Source: Lytechinus pictus (lineage: Eukaryota). From it: a DNA stretch of 64,000 nucleotides. Numbering within the stretch: the stretch's first letter is position 1; every line of letters begins with the position of its first letter. Below the pieces are notes generated by a model. It made no database searches and was not told the DNA's origin. It saw only the letters and a program-made list of their open reading frames with translations. Positions 53,433 through 61,768 of the stretch are shown here, one piece after another. The stretch is taken from contig NC_087251.1 of assembly GCF_037042905.1 (NCBI RefSeq), positions 48,548,001 through 48,612,000 on the forward strand, in the 5' to 3' direction. Position numbers and translations under genes: made by a program.

Positions 53433-56400
53433 AGGAGGAGAAGGAAGAGGAGAAGAAGAAAAAGAAGAATTAGAAGATATAAAAAGAGAATGAGAAGAAG
53501 GGAAGAGAAAGGGTTGAATAGACCGCAGAGGAGGAGATCCTCATTACTAAATCCTATTTTTTCCCCCCTTTTTTTCTCCAGCTATACCTTCGCCTCGGTA
53601 CAAGAGAACACAGATGTGGTATGGAAGTTTCAGCGATACTCTCTTATCAAAGATTACTACAATCGTCCAATCTTAGCACCTCCGTTCATCATCATCAGTC
53701 ACATCTTTATCTTGTACAGCTTCATGCTGCGATGTTGGTGTGGCTGTTGCGACAAGTTTGCACTCTCAAGGAGCCTCAGTGAGTAATAGCATGGACCTAC
53801 TACCACTCTGCCATCCAAATATCTACCAAGGCCTAGAATTTATTGTTACTTGGAGAAAGAAAATACTCTTTTTAACTTTTCGTTTTCTTTCCTTTTTATT
53901 TCACTTCTACCTTTTATCTCTATCCACTTTTCTTAGTCCTTCTAGGACTCACCACATGTGTGTTTGTAAAAAATAAAAACTTCTGCAATTGAAATAAATA
54001 ACAAATTGCAATGTTCTTGTTCATAGTGGGATTTGAACATGCAACCCTATCATTGTTAATGCGTTAGTACATTAGTTGTTGCAATTGTTATGAGGTGTAG
54101 TCTTTGATGGAATACACCCTATACTGATACCAGGAAGAAAATGACAGGCAGGTCTCATAAACATGAATCTGGAGTGTAGTCACCTCTACCACTGACCAAA
54201 AAGGGCAAACTAATTATCTTGTTTAGTACACTTTCACCCAAGATAACATCAAGTGAGCTCAGATTTTTTTTCTTTTTCTGGCGGTGTGATGATGCTTCTA
54301 GAATACAAATTATAAACTTAGTGCATATAATATCCTTCCTTGCTAAGTGATGATTAGGTAGGCAGTAATTCATAACCAACATTACGTCATCAAAATCAAC
54401 TAAACATACTCCATATTGTGAACACAATAAATATTGATTTTTATGCTTCGCCCACCCACCCACTTGGTTTCAAAATAGATTATAAAAATCCCCTTAATAC
54501 CTGCAGAATGACTTTTGATAAGAACTGTATTTTAAGTAGGGTAATAATTTTTATGTAAACTTGTTTATCACTTGGAATGAAAAAGTTGTTTTAACATTTC
54601 ATATCTTAAAACTTCTCTTGTTTGTTACAATTTTTAGGACGGTTACTTCCCGGAGACTTAATTGCTGAAATCACAACATGGGAAAAGATACAAGGTGAAG
54701 ATTACGTCACAAAGAGAAACAAGAAAAGGAATCTTGACCTCACCGATCGAATGAGTACAACAGAGATGAAGTAAGTTAGATCAGCTAGAATACTTGTTAT
54801 CTGTTGATTGATTGACTGATTGAGTGATTGATTGATTGATCGATCGATCGATTGAGTGATTGATTGATTGATCGATCGAGTGATTGATTGATTGATTGAA
54901 TGATTGATTGACTGATTGATTGATCGATCGATCGATCGATTGAGTGATTGATTGATTGATTGATTGATCAATCGAGTGATTGATTGATTGACTGATTGAT
55001 TGAGTGATTGATTGATTGATTGATCGATCGAGTGATTGATTGATTGATTGATTGATTGAGCGATTGATTGATCAATTGATTGATCAATTGATTGATTGAT
55101 TTTCCCTTGTCACCATTCCCCTTTTTCTCTGTTTCTGCCTCTCAGTATCTGTCTCTACCCCGTCTGCCTCTCCCATTTCTTCTTCCCCACCCCTCTGTAT
55201 CTTATACAGAAAACACAAGAAGTATTCAAAATATACTTTTTTGCCATTAATCTGTTGCCTTTCAGTGAATCTTTTACATAGTCCTTCATTCTTCTTTGCA
55301 CAATATGAGAGTTAGATTGAAAAGAAGAAAAATGAATGGCTAGATTACAAGATGCATTTTGTTCTACAAATGTCATACTCCAGCCTACATGAAGAAATGA
55401 GAATATACCTTATTCTATTACCCTTGTTTACAGATTAGAAGGCCTCTCTCGGAAGTCAACAGCGTTTTTCAACAATCCTGAAATTGGCACTCAAATGAAG
55501 GAACGATTAGATAATTTAGAACATCAGGTATAATGGTTATATATTCATTATTGGGGGATTTTTCACTGACACAATTTGTATCTAAGCCAATCGGATGCAA
55601 GAATTTTGGTAGCTTATAACAATAGTCAGTAAAAGTCACCATTTGTTTCATGAAATACTCCCCAGAACTGAAAGAAGGTGTTATGAAATCATGTATTCTG
55701 ATGAAATTCATACATAAGTCTAGTTTGATGACTCATATAAATTCATTTATAATGCAAATTGATCACACGCTACAAAAAAATTCAATTCTGCATTGATACA
55801 CTATCAAATATCATTTCAAGTAATTCTAACAATATTTAGACTTATCGACAGGAAAAATACGTATCTGGAGAAAAGAGGATAACTGGTATAAATATAACAG
55901 TTTTTATAAATAAATTTATCTTCTGTTTTTTTAAATAAAATAATGGACACTTGTTTAAAAGGGTATAGTGGGGATGTTTTCTAGAACTAAACATTCATTT
56001 AAAAAAGTATTACGATAGATTGAAAAGTTTTTCTTCTGAATAATGGGTCTTGTTCAACATATTTTTAAAAGAAAATGAATGTAAAATATTCAACGAAAAT
56101 ATCTCAAAATCAGATGTCTTTATAAAATCCTCTTAAATCATCTAAACCTCTCATCTCTAATCCTTTTTTAATATCTTTATCTAATCCTCTGCCAATCAAA
56201 CAGATGACAGAGATGAAAGAGCTGCTTCATCAGACGCTGAAGGCAGTATCAGGGTCAGCAGGGGAAGCTACAATCAAGGGCCAAACACCAAAGAAATTAA
56301 TTCCTAAAACATCCACAGAGCAATTTGAGGTGAAGGAGTCCAAGGCAAGGGATGAAGTAGAAGAGGATGTATCACGCAAAGATGAGGAAAGGACTCTGGA

Positions 56401-56566
56401 AGAATGTAAGGAAGATGGGGAGAATGGAAGGCAGATGGAGGAACAGAGGTTGGAGCAGGATGAGGAGAAAGAGGAGCAGGAGAGGCTGGAACAGGAGGAG
56501 GTGGTGCAGGAAGACGGAGAAGAATCCATTCTGGATATTAATCTTGAGTTGATCAATGACGAGTAA
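25439..56566 (+). CDS. TRPM: TRPM-family (melastatin) cation channel gene, TRPM2-like core without NUDT9H or kinase; 24 coding exons, about 1296 aa. join(25439..25527,26647..26818,29858..30038,31010..31179,31914..32169,32913..33060,33721..33914,34562..34662,37156..37290,40511..40561,42225..42312,42919..43117,43797..44022,46564..46656,46992..47155,47381..47525,48522..48650,49967..50218,51633..51807,52863..52998,53582..53778,54638..54770,55434..55527,56204..56566)
   Basis: Manual splicing gives AG/GT-bounded exons with matching phases and no internal stop. TRPM motifs appear in order: [98 protein letters not shown]. The first two exons are less certain than the rest. Confidence 0.93.
26647..26818 (+). 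CDS. TRPM: TRPM exon 2 (NPSRQ...METVVKSY...GKRWLKTR)
   Basis: Acceptor gtcatag|, donor |GTAAGA, phase-0 end matching the next exon. Contains an alternative Kozak-like GCCATGG at 26690. Confidence 0.7.
27595..27777 (+). repeat. (AGT)n microsatellite
   Basis: Directly visible; similar tracts at 28200-28335, 32555-32680 and 53380-53432. Confidence 0.95.
27794..28255 (+). repeat. Dispersed intronic duplication, copy 1 (copy 2 at 32237-32680)
   Basis: Shared ~350 bp (gtacagaagg...aaaaatcaaggattatgg...ttccctagaacgcaaagtatt...ctcaaggatcactcagtagcccatt...actgatagcagcagc) ending in (AGT)n. Confidence 0.88.
29630..29694 (+). repeat. (CTG/CTA)n microsatellite
   Basis: Directly visible. Confidence 0.9.
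29858..30038 (+). CDS. TRPM: TRPM exon 3, MHR1 (YALIP...[19 protein letters not shown]...AAATT)
   Basis: caaacag| and |GTGAGT; classic SLOG/MHR1 motif. Confidence 0.93.
31010..31179 (+). CDS. TRPM: TRPM exon 4 ([23 protein letters not shown]...)
   Basis: tttag| acceptor; donor at 31180 (GTAGTA) or 31183 (GTAAAG), both phase 0. Confidence 0.9.
31914..32169 (+). CDS. TRPM: TRPM exon 5 ([11 protein letters not shown]...EIRIRSLIE)
   Basis: tttcag| and |GTGAGT; LDxNH motif. Confidence 0.9.
32237..32680 (+). repeat. Dispersed intronic duplication, copy 2
   Basis: Colinear with 27794-28255. Confidence 0.88.
32913..33060 (+). CDS. TRPM: TRPM exon 6 ([12 protein letters not shown]...[16 protein letters not shown])
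   Basis: ctacag| and |GTGAGT; MHR2 motifs. Confidence 0.93.
33721..33914 (+). CDS. TRPM: TRPM exon 7 (...LITIFDL...[12 protein letters not shown])
   Basis: taaacag| and |GTACAG; DIDxAxLxALL motif. Confidence 0.9.
34562..34662 (+). CDS. TRPM: TRPM exon 8 ([20 protein letters not shown]...KWK)
   Basis: ccaccag| and |GTAAGT; corresponds to the QLxLAxxWNRxDIA motif of MHR3. Confidence 0.9.
35018..36846 (-). mobile_element. 5'-truncated L2/CR1-group LINE in TRPM intron 8, antisense
   Basis: RT ORF with [40 protein letters not shown] and FADDT. The frame is open from about 36846 to stop 35397, followed by a 3' UTR and an (AAAC)n-like tail near 35018. Confidence 0.93.
35397..36830 (-). CDS. LINE ORF2 reverse transcriptase fragment (no endonuclease domain)
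   Basis: The ORF-track 393 aa extends upstream in frame ([26 protein letters not shown]...). Confidence 0.85.
   Translation of the reverse strand, partial: LASNIFNKSLSQGVFPDLFKIAKVNPIFKKDNPHEINNYRPISLLPTISKILEKIVYNRLYKFISKHNLLNSNQYGFRKNYSTNLALIQIYDKITNAIANKEHVIGIFCDLSKAFDTLNHDILLSKLNYYGVRGQSLLWFKDYLRNRKQYVAFNGYDSDSLLVRCGVPQGSILGPLLFLLYINDIINTSSILSFVLFADDTNIFFSHTNPTSLYNILNHEINKVSQWFKANKLSLNTQKTHYIYFKHHSHISNTQFHLQIDGKSLERKTHSKFLGVIIDEALSWNEHLHHITMCISRSIGIISKLKFILPLKTLFLLYNSLVLPYITYCNVVWANCGSTKLTSIFKLQKRVVRICTGSHYLAHTDPLFFKQKTLKVADLYTLQVAIIMFKYINNLLPSSFDDMFKFNSSVHTYPTRTSGNFHLTNPRLLITSKSIRHHGPDIWNNLAENIKSCSTLYSLKSTVKRNIIRSYSSQPSN
37156..37290 (+). CDS. TRPM: TRPM exon 9 ([25 protein letters not shown]...LRRLYNE)
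   Basis: ctatag| and |GTATAA; ALxxDxxDFxxLxL motif. Missed by the ORF track. Confidence 0.92.
38315..39995. repeat. Inverted pair of arrays of a 100-110-bp tandem unit (fold-back-like)
   Basis: Direct units (atcttattaatgttgaataacatggaaatatagcgtagtctttcctccagaccc) at about 38396-39000; reverse-complement units at about 39195-39995. Confidence 0.8.
40073..40274 (+). repeat. Minisatellite with ATTACATTTGTGGGT core, about 9 units of 17-26 bp, ending TGTAACA
   Basis: Directly visible. Confidence 0.9.
40511..40561 (+). CDS. TRPM: TRPM exon 10 ([17 protein letters not shown])
   Basis: acacag| and |GTAAGT; 51 nt, phase 0-0; TLLYxLL motif. Confidence 0.8.
40804..41785. mobile_element. Non-autonomous TIR element (Tc1/pogo-like, TA-flanked)
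   Basis: TIRs GGGGAAGGCGGGGTAAGTTG / CAACTTACCCCGCCTTCCCC; internal repeats of GGGGCAAGTTGAG. Confidence 0.82.
40914..41032. mobile_element. 119-bp near-perfect palindromic MITE nested in 40804-41785
   Basis: About 56-bp arms (CAGTAGCGTACCGTGAGCC...) with a 6-nt loop; flanks cccatta(gt)c / cccattac. Confidence 0.85.
41862..42023. mobile_element. Short palindromic MITE (GGGG..CCGTTTCATAAAG termini)
   Basis: Inverted arms ccgtttcataaag / ctttatgaaacgg; related elements at 33965-34119, 49679-49845, 57119-57294 and 60418-60552. Confidence 0.75.
42225..42312 (+). CDS. TRPM: TRPM exon 11 ([29 protein letters not shown])
   Basis: tttcag| and |GTAACA; LxDVGxVIxxL motif. Confidence 0.88.
42919..43117 (+). 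CDS. TRPM: TRPM exon 12, MHR4 ([14 protein letters not shown]...FWEEG...ALVASRI)
   Basis: ccctcag| and |GTAGGT; the reading frame differs from the ORF-track frame. Confidence 0.93.
43797..44022 (+). CDS. TRPM: TRPM exon 13 ([14 protein letters not shown]...WGNVSCL...[17 protein letters not shown])
   Basis: tttcag| and |GTATAC; MHR4 signature. Confidence 0.95.
44544..46038. mobile_element. hAT-like MITE (outer)
   Basis: TIRs CACTGGCGTAAATCC / GGATTTACGCCAGTG; imperfect TSD tgtgaaa(a)t. Confidence 0.8.
44970..45930. mobile_element. hAT-like MITE (inner, nested)
   Basis: TIRs CAGTGGCGTA / TACGCCACTG; perfect 8-bp TSD TGGACATA; internal repeated AGCTCGCGCTTCGCGCTCGC motif. Confidence 0.88.
46564..46656 (+). 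CDS. TRPM: TRPM exon 14, pre-S1 ([17 protein letters not shown]...)
   Basis: cgccag| and |GTATAT; 93 nt, phase 0-0. Confidence 0.87.
46992..47155 (+). CDS. TRPM: TRPM exon 15, variable acidic/Ser pre-S1 loop
   Basis: tttttaag| and |GTAAGT; phases 0 and 2 fit both neighbours. Confidence 0.82.
47381..47525 (+). CDS. TRPM: TRPM exon 16 (...[20 protein letters not shown])
   Basis: gaacag| and |GTAGGT; FxxAPxxxF motif before S1. Confidence 0.9.
48037..48318 (+). mobile_element. tRNA-derived CORE-type SINE with L2-like 3' tail, in a TRPM intron
   Basis: A box TGGTCTAGTGG and B box GGTTCGATTCC; CORE-like ccttcagcaagaaatttaccc...gtaaattggtacc; tail agcgccttgagcac...gctatacaaat...(att)n; inserted in a (GATT)n tract. 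Confidence 0.85.
48522..48650 (+). CDS. TRPM: TRPM exon 17, S1-S2 ([16 protein letters not shown]...[12 protein letters not shown])
   Basis: caacag| and |GTAAGA; hydrophobic helices. Confidence 0.95.
49967..50218 (+). CDS. TRPM: TRPM exon 18, S3-S4 and S4-S5 linker (...[22 protein letters not shown])
   Basis: attcag| and |GTAAAT. Confidence 0.96.
51002..51584. mobile_element. Kolobok-like MITE, family C
   Basis: TTAA|AGGAGAATGAAAC ... GTTTCATTCTCCT|TTAA; internal inverted repeats of about 80 bp. Confidence 0.85.
51633..51807 (+). CDS. TRPM: TRPM exon 19, S5, pore helix and filter (…[14 protein letters not shown])
   Basis: ccatag| and |GTTGGT. Confidence 0.96.
52486..52695. mobile_element. 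hAT-like MITE
   Basis: CACTGGCGGATCCAGG / CCTGGATCCGCCCCTG; perfect 8-bp TSD GCCTCATT. Confidence 0.88.
52863..52998 (+). CDS. TRPM: TRPM exon 20, pore loop and S6 ([12 protein letters not shown]...[12 protein letters not shown])
   Basis: aattcag| and |GTAAGG; conserved pore-loop Cys pair. Confidence 0.96.
53582..53778 (+). CDS. TRPM: TRPM exon 21, TRP domain ([19 protein letters not shown]...RPILAPPF...CWCGCC)
   Basis: tctccag| and |GTGAGT; TRP box. Confidence 0.96.
54638..54770 (+). CDS. TRPM: TRPM exon 22, rib helix (…[13 protein letters not shown]…DRMSTTEM)
   Basis: ttttag| and |GTAAGT; WExxxxExY motif. Confidence 0.9.
54804..55101 (+). repeat. (GATT/GATC)n compound microsatellite
   Basis: Directly visible; a degenerate similar tract lies at 47855-48032. 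Confidence 0.95.
55434..55527 (+). CDS. TRPM: TRPM exon 23, coiled coil (…[11 protein letters not shown])
   Basis: tttacag| and |GTATAA; RLxxLExQ heptad. Confidence 0.88.
56204..56566 (+). CDS. TRPM: TRPM terminal exon: end of coiled coil plus Glu/Asp-rich tail, stop TAA
   Basis: caaacag| phase 0; 120-aa open frame ending [14 protein letters not shown]. Confidence 0.83.
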   Translation: MTEMKELLHQTLKAVSGSAGEATIKGQTPKKLIPKTSTEQFEVKESKARDEVEEDVSRKDEERTLEECKEDGENGRQMEEQRLEQDEEKEEQERLEQEEVVQEDGEESILDINLELINDE

Positions 56567-56614
56567 CATGATGGGATGGTGTAAATCCAAGTACCAGCCC
56601 TTCGGTGTTAAAGC

Positions 56615-56915
56615 TTCCTAAACATCCACAGAGCAGGACGAGGTGAAGGAGTGCAAGGCAAGGGAATCAGAAGAAAAGACATCAGGCAAGAGGAGGAAAG
56701 GACTCGGGAAGAATGTAAAGATGAGGGGGAAGAAGGTAGGCAGTTAGAGGAGCAGGATGCAGAGAAAGAGGGTCTTGAACAGGAGGAGCTGGTGCAGGAG
56801 GATGAAGAAAATGAATCCATTCTGGACATTAATCTTGATGTGATTGGCAAGGAGTAAGATGACAAGGTGTAAGATATTGGGTTGTTGTTGGGGTGACACC
56901 AACATCAGCCTTCTT
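56615..56915 (+). pseudogene. Degenerate tandem duplicate of the TRPM acidic-tail coding segment
   Basis: Aligns with about 56301-56605 (TTCCTAAA(A)CATCCACAGAGCA...GAATCCATTCTGGAyATTAATCTTGA...GAGTAA). Carries indels in its 5' part. Confidence 0.8.
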
Positions 56916-57118
56916 AACACCTAACATGGAATGGAACTGGTCTTGTAATTGATATCATTTTTAGTAGGTTTTAGAACTTAGTTCAATAGTCTGATTGACA
57001 CTACACCAGCATTGCACTAACTACATTTAAATGTCAACCTTGCAAGGCTTGCATAGGTACAAAGACATCCTGTATAGTTTCTAGCAATTAGGTACATAGT
57101 ACTGCCATTAATTTATTC

Positions 57119-57294
57119 AGGGTGCCATTTCATAAAGCTGTTCGTAGGTTAAGAGTGACTTTAAGAACGACTGGTGAACCCTTCTTACGCGCTTAACTAT
57201 CACCAATTCAATATACCATTTACCACAAGAAAGGATAACCAGTCATTCTTAAAGTCGCTCTTAACTTACGAACGGCTTTATGAAACATGCGCCA
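57119..57294. mobile_element. Short palindromic MITE in the TRPM 3' region
   Basis: tttcataaagctgttcgtaggttaagagtgactttaagaacgactgg / ccagtcattcttaaagtcgctcttaacttacgaacggctttatgaaa. Confidence 0.78.
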
Positions 57295-57332
57295 GGTCCA
57301 ACAATGGGTCGCCTGATGGTCAATCCTGAAAT

Positions 57333-59848
57333 GGGCAATTCCATGAGATGGGTGCCATGGGGTGAAAAAATAAATTCATATTTTGGAACTTGTCACCCAC
57401 CTAATTTTGTTCAGTATACTTCTGGGCATACGGAACAGCACTTTTTCCAAAAATTCCATCAAGAATCGCAAATATTGAACTTTGAACTCAACTTACAACT
57501 TTATTGAGAAAAACAGTAAAAATCTACCTAAAGAATTCATTTGAATAAAAAAATAATTAAAGAATAGTCAGGAGTTGTTTAGCTGATTTTTAGAATGTAT
57601 GGAGCATTAGTTTTGAGTTGCCAAAGACACAAACATGTCTTCCAATCCCATGAGTGGGTAAGAAGCATGCCACCCCATCGCTTAAACCAATGTAACGTGA
57701 GTAACGAAAAAACTGTAAATTTTGATTTTTTTTTTATATTCACTTCCATTCAAAATTTGCCAATGGAAATTCTCTTCATACTCCTTGTACCTGATAAGAA
57801 AAATAAGGTAAGAGCTGTATACATGTCATGGTATTACAATAAACGAGGCCCCAAAAATGTAACGTGAGTAACGACATAAAATCGTGATATTGATATGTTT
57901 TTCACAGGCTATGGTATAGTACTACCTTTTACTGTATGATTAGGGGTAAAAACAAGAGTTTGGTCCATTAATGACCTTTAATGACCCTTTTGAAGTGGTC
58001 ATTACCGTCATTAAAGAGAAATTTGCCAGTTGTGGTAACGATCACAAAATTAGTTCAATCAGAATCAAATGAAATGACCAACCAAGTGTTTGTATATTAT
58101 ATAAATAAAAAAAATGTGCCAAATGGCTCTTGAAGAAAATGTGTAATTGCTGAGAAATTAGCAAAATAAATTTCATAAAATGTCAGGTATTTTTCCAAGC
58201 AATATTGATACTGTCCCACATATGCTTTTCTGTGTTAGTGATCATAAGTGCTGTCAGTTTTCAGGTAAGATTTCATGATTTCACAAAGATAAGTTTATGT
58301 TATTGTAGCATATCTAGATCTATGAAAATAGAATGACAATCAACCTTGATTTTAAAGACTTACTCGTGAAATAGTTGTTTGCTGCAACTACATGTACATT
58401 ATTTTACCATTAACATAGATAAACCGGATGTAGCTAATAATAATGCCCTTCCAAGTTTACTGTTCAGATTTAAGCCTTTCTCAGACTTTTCATCAATAAA
58501 GATGAATAAATTTGTATCTTTGGTTATAAGAGTCTGCATGATTTGCATATACATATAGCCTAATGTTTAAATACCAACACTTGACTTTGGTGCATTGCTT
58601 TCATGTACTAGAAATAAGTTAGAAGATTAAATTATTAACCTGGATAATAATTACAGATTGATAAAAGCATACCAAATAAATACACTTCTTCGTTTCATTT
58701 TAGTTCGTTAAAGGTGGCAATTTCTGTTTTCACGATTTGCATTTTTTTAAGGGGGAAGGGATATATGATAATTTCTTAACCTTGTAATGCAATATTTAGA
58801 TATAATTTTTTGGTCAGAGAACATTACACTATTAACTGTTTAACACATTATTCTGCTCCCTTAATCTTTAAGCGAGCACATTAACTTTATCAGATAGGTT
58901 TGCTTAATATTGCTTACAGTACAATTAATTCATTCATGTGATTTCATGAAAGAGAAACATACATGTACACTGTTTAGAGTATATACATGTAAGTTCATGT
59001 GTTAGGTTGGATCAGATTGCACATAAATGTGGTGTGGAGTCTAGGGGAATATTTTTTTTAAACTCATTCTGCCAGTTATGTTACTTCACGATTATTAAAA
59101 TCTTCAAACGACTGACTAAATAAAATTCAAGTGTCCCTGACTCAGTGATTCAGAGAAACTTGAAAGGAATTTAATTTTAAGAGAATACCGTAGAAGTAAA
59201 GGAGAATATTTTTCACTCTACATCACTTAACAAAATGCATGTATTATAACTAAAATTGACATTGTATGTGTATGTGTGGTAATTTTGCTTAAATGTTGAT
59301 GATAAGCCATATAAAATGGGCTATACAGTAATTCTTGAGAAAAGAGGTTAACAAAACTGTTCCATTTTATGCCCAAAATAATTGTAATAGTTAATTACAT
59401 CTAAATATACACTTTCCAGCAAATATTCATGGTCAAGAGCATGGCAATGAATTATGTTACATATGTAACGTGAGTAACGCAAATTTTGGTAAATTTGTCA
59501 AAGATATGAAATGTTTAAAAAATTCTGAGCATCTACATTTGTGAACCTCTATGCCAATCATAAACCCACTTCTTGTTATTCCACCCAGTATGAGGACACT
59601 TTTTTAAAGAAGTCATGTTCTTGACTTATGTGGTCCAAAAATGTAACGTGAGTAACAAGAATTTGCTTGCCTATATTTTCTGGATAGAATTGTCAAACTA
59701 AATTATGATAATATACCAAGGTGTATTAAGTTATCATAAAACCTTGTACAGAAAAGAGAGATTGTCAAACCCCACAGTAAGCAAAATATGGCAATTACAA
59801 TATGTTAAGGTGCCTAAATTGTGTAACGTGAGTAACATGGAATTGCCC
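57333..59848. mobile_element. 2.5-kb non-autonomous TIR element, Sola2-like
   Basis: TIR GGGCAATTCCATG / CATGGAATTGCCC; 4-bp TSD AAAT; five copies of TGTAACGTGAGTAAC (about 57691, 57858, 59464, 59642, 59823). Confidence 0.78.
58015..58409. mobile_element. Kolobok-like MITE family A copy, nested in the Sola2-like element
   Basis: Colinear similarity to 3795-4190 (ccagttgtggtaacgatc ... gtaattgctgagaaat ... tctagatc ... tgcaacta). Confidence 0.72.
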
Positions 59849-60572
59849 AAATATTCATAAAGCATATTTGAGTAATGTCTTCTACAATCTTAAGGATGAA
59901 TGGAATCATTTGTAGTAAACACTGATTTCATGAGTGAATCTTCCACTGCCAAGTGGGAATTTACCCATGTAACTAAGCATCGTGTATAAAACAGTAATCT
60001 CTGAATATTGACAACTACTTTTGAACTTTTTAACTGGTATTTGTAATTGCTACATCATGAATAGTTTTTAGTGAGAATAGAAAAGGATGTTACACTTTGC
60101 TTGATGATAGCTGCAACTAATCAGATGGTGCTCTACAATGTATTTTTACTTGGTTTCATGAATTTTATTTGTAACCAGAGGTAAGGCTAGTAATATCATT
60201 AATGGACAGAGAATCAATGACCGGAGATGATATTGATGATTCAATGAAGCATATGGGATACAATCTTTAATTACATCATTCTAATTCTATTCTATTTAGC
60301 CCAAAGTACATAACCAGTTCAGCAGTTGTCACAAGTATGTAATGTAAAGAATTATTTTAGTATGAATTTAGTATTACTTGTTCTGCATTTTATTTGGTAA
60401 TCTTTCCCCTTCATTCTAGGGTACGTTTCATAAAAAATAATTGTTATAACAAATTTACAATAACAGTTAAAAGCTACTGAAATCCTTCAATCTGGTAAAT
60501 TTGTTATATTGTGCATTTGTTATTCTAACGAGTCATCATGAAATGGGGCCCTGTTCACATATATGAAGTTGA

Positions 60573-60735
60573 TACCTTGGTCACATTTGCTCTATGGCGG
60601 CCGTACGGCGAGACAAAAAACAGCCGTTTTAACATTTTTTGTTCCAACTATATATAGGTGGTTTGCATTAGAATTAATAAAACGGCTGTTTTCGACTCGC
60701 CGTACGGCCGCCGTAGAGCAAATGTGACCAAGGTA
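60573..60735. mobile_element. Hairpin MITE (PIF/Tourist-like)
   Basis: About 57-bp near-perfect arms TACCTTGGTCACATTTGCTCTAyGGCGGCCGTACGGCGAG; flanks TGA / TAA. Confidence 0.8.
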
Positions 60736-60917
60736 TAAGTTAGATTCTATGTGAAACATTCTGTATATATAATATCTAACATTCTGTATATTTTATATAT
60801 AATTTTTACATAGGTAAGATCTCCAATTCTTAAGAATATCTTGCCTCATTATTTTTTATTTAGCTTGCATAGATAACTTCTATTTGTACATAATTTATTT
60901 TGTTCTTCCTTCCAAGA

Positions 60918-60923
60918 ATAAAA
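60918..60923 (+). promoter_or_regulatory. Candidate polyadenylation signal for the TRPM transcript
   Basis: AATAAA preceded by U-rich/TGTA motifs and followed by GT-rich tgtgtggtttt. Other AATAAA hexamers exist upstream, so this is not unique. Confidence 0.25.
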
Positions 60924-61490
60924 ACTGCTATAAAAACATTGTGTGGTTTTCTTATAAGTTCACCTGTGGTTAAGAGACAGGACTAAAGGGGCTGCCACGC
61001 AAGGAGCCTGTTGCAGAAGGCGTTGCAATCAAACCCAACTTGGTTTCGAGCCAATCATATGTGCATATATAGGACTTGCGTTTGATTTCCTTTATTGTGT
61101 TTAAACGCAACTCTTTCTGCATGACCACTAGATATTCTAGCATATGCTGACTAAAATTGTCTAACTGTGACAGTTACTATACCAAGAAATTTATTATTTT
61201 CAGTCATCTATATGGAATGCTGGGTTAATCTTTCATTATTCAATATTTGTGATATAGGCAGAATATCAAAGAATATTCAATTCAGATTTTATAATCTTAC
61301 ATAACCCTCTTCTTTTTTTATTTCAGCACAAAAACAATTATTGAGACACTTGTTTTAGCAAAGGTTCATAATAATCTATCCTTGGCTAATTAGTTGGCTA
61401 GAAGCACTCCATAAACATTTGGTGCAAGTTTACCTTGGGGTTTACTAAGTCAATCCTACGAGAGCACCAAGCATAGGGTAAAAATATACA

Positions 61491-61768
61491 GGCCTGTATT
61501 ATGAACTCCTGTTTAATTCAAACTCCGGGCTAAATGTGTGGTTTAACTATGGATTGCCACTTATGGTACAAATCTCAGCAGTAACAGGTTCGATTTATCA
61601 GCTTAATCACTCACATTTAGAACTGTCTGGGAAAGGTTAGTAAAATAGTTTTCTTTACTACTAATCATACAATGTAATGAAAAGAAATGGCATTTCTGGC
61701 TTCCTATACTCTGAGCACAGAGTTAGACCATGGCCTTAGAAGTTAAACTAGGCTTCAGAATATGGGCC
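61491..61768. mobile_element. MITE with GGCCyGTATT termini
   Basis: ggcctgtattatgaa / ttcagaatatgggcc; related to 63279-63563. Confidence 0.6.
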
